Part shown: positions 63,559 through 64,000 of the stretch, one piece after another
Position numbering within the stretch: position 1 is the stretch's first letter
Layout of the letters: each line of letters begins with the position of its first letter
Source of the DNA: Eubacteriales bacterium
Lineage (GTDB): Bacteria > Bacillota > Clostridia > Oscillospirales > CAG-272
Assembly (NCBI GenBank): GCA_045120955.1
Contig: JBGVFH010000072.1
Span: 31,876-95,875, forward strand
Direction: 5' to 3'
DNA: 64,000 nt
Notes under the pieces: generated by a model
What the model was told of the DNA's origin: nothing
Seen by the model: only the letters and a program-made list of their open reading frames with translations
The model's database searches: none
Translations under genes and position numbers: made by a program

Positions 63559-64000
63559 ATGAAGAGATTATTTGCGGTTACCCTAACACTCCTCTTGTTA
63601 TTGGCAATGCCGTTTAACATTTCAGTTTTTGCAGCATCCAATACATATGACCTGGATGAGTTAGAACTTCAAGTAACCATTCCTAATGGTTATTCGGTTA
63701 TTACGAGAGACACACCCGCCAGCGACCCGATATTTAGCGATTTGGGCACAACGAAGTCTGCACTCATCAGCCAGTTTGAGAGCAGTAACATCTACCTGAA
63801 TGCTATCTCTGACACATACAACGAAGAAGTTGTTGTTACGATGATGGAGAACAGTTTGACCAATTTTAGTTTATTAAGCGATACAACACTAAACACTCTT
63901 GCTTCTACACTGGTGAATCAGTACACCGACTACGGCATCAATGTTTCAAAGTATGACATTTACCAGCACTCACAGGCAAAGTTTGTTAGGCTGTATTTCA
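63559..64000 (+). CDS. Secreted protein, 3-prime truncated by the window edge
   Basis: ATG after GGGGGT. Signal peptide MKRLFAVTLTLLLLLAMPFNISVFAAS. The frame is open to the last base. Confidence 0.6.
   Translation, partial: MKRLFAVTLTLLLLLAMPFNISVFAASNTYDLDELELQVTIPNGYSVITRDTPASDPIFSDLGTTKSALISQFESSNIYLNAISDTYNEEVVVTMMENSLTNFSLLSDTTLNTLASTLVNQYTDYGINVSKYDIYQHSQAKFVRLYF

Larger units (their letters stand above)
53839..64000. mobile_element. Integrative mobile element (ICE/IME or prophage-like) inserted 3-prime of guaA; the right end lies beyond the window
   Basis: The DNA becomes visibly more AT-rich right after the guaA stop. The region carries tyrosine integrase plus excisionase, a MobC-like protein, an orphan methyltransferase, a Rep-like protein, and XRE/ImmA modules. 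None of the chromosomal repeat families occur here. Confidence 0.8.

Overview
This 64-kb window comes from a spore-forming Firmicute. SpoIIE and the overall gene content suggest a Clostridia/Oscillospiraceae-like organism, but that is inference only. All protein calls rest on motifs I recognise in the supplied translations; no database search was possible.

Bases 1-53.8 kb read as core chromosome. In order:
- two tandem QueG-like Fe-S proteins and a Pro/Thr-rich lipoprotein
- a polar amino-acid ABC transporter
- metF, a stand-alone MetH activation-domain protein, and metH
- AraC plus a 1372-aa membrane-anchored GH43 protein
- tRNA-Trp, followed by a small islet (four-helix-bundle protein plus ATPase)
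- a thioredoxin-domain protein, malic enzyme, an esterase lipoprotein, an MBL-fold hydrolase, rlmH, a WG-repeat protein, mnmG, htpG and phosphoglucomutase
- zur plus a zinc ABC transporter, an NSS transporter and spoIIE
- AraC plus a GH127-like arabinofuranosidase, a P-loop kinase-like protein and a TldD/PmbA pair
- a three-gene operon of low-complexity proteins, a YfcE-type phosphoesterase, and a guaA that lacks its glutamine-amidotransferase domain

From about 53.84 kb to the window end the DNA is visibly more AT-rich. It carries an integrative mobile element inserted directly 3-prime of guaA: an orphan methyltransferase, a MobC-like protein, a tyrosine integrase plus excisionase, a Rep-like protein, a degenerate resolvase-like protein, an XRE/SLOG pair, and an ImmR/ImmA-like pair.

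The core intergenic DNA is rich in repeats, none of which occur in the mobile element:
- a roughly 100-nt modular element ending in the hairpin GCGGGCACTGCCCGC, with at least 12 copies
- a roughly 125-nt family present as two inverted copies
- a roughly 124-nt inverted pair bracketing the malic enzyme gene
- two palindromic arrays of mini-hairpins flanking the tRNA-Trp islet

The best candidates for something undescribed are:
- the hairpin-array-flanked four-helix-bundle/ATPase islet
- the cargo modules of the guaA-inserted element (degenerate resolvase, XRE-SLOG, membrane-anchored ImmA, DPQY methyltransferase cassette)
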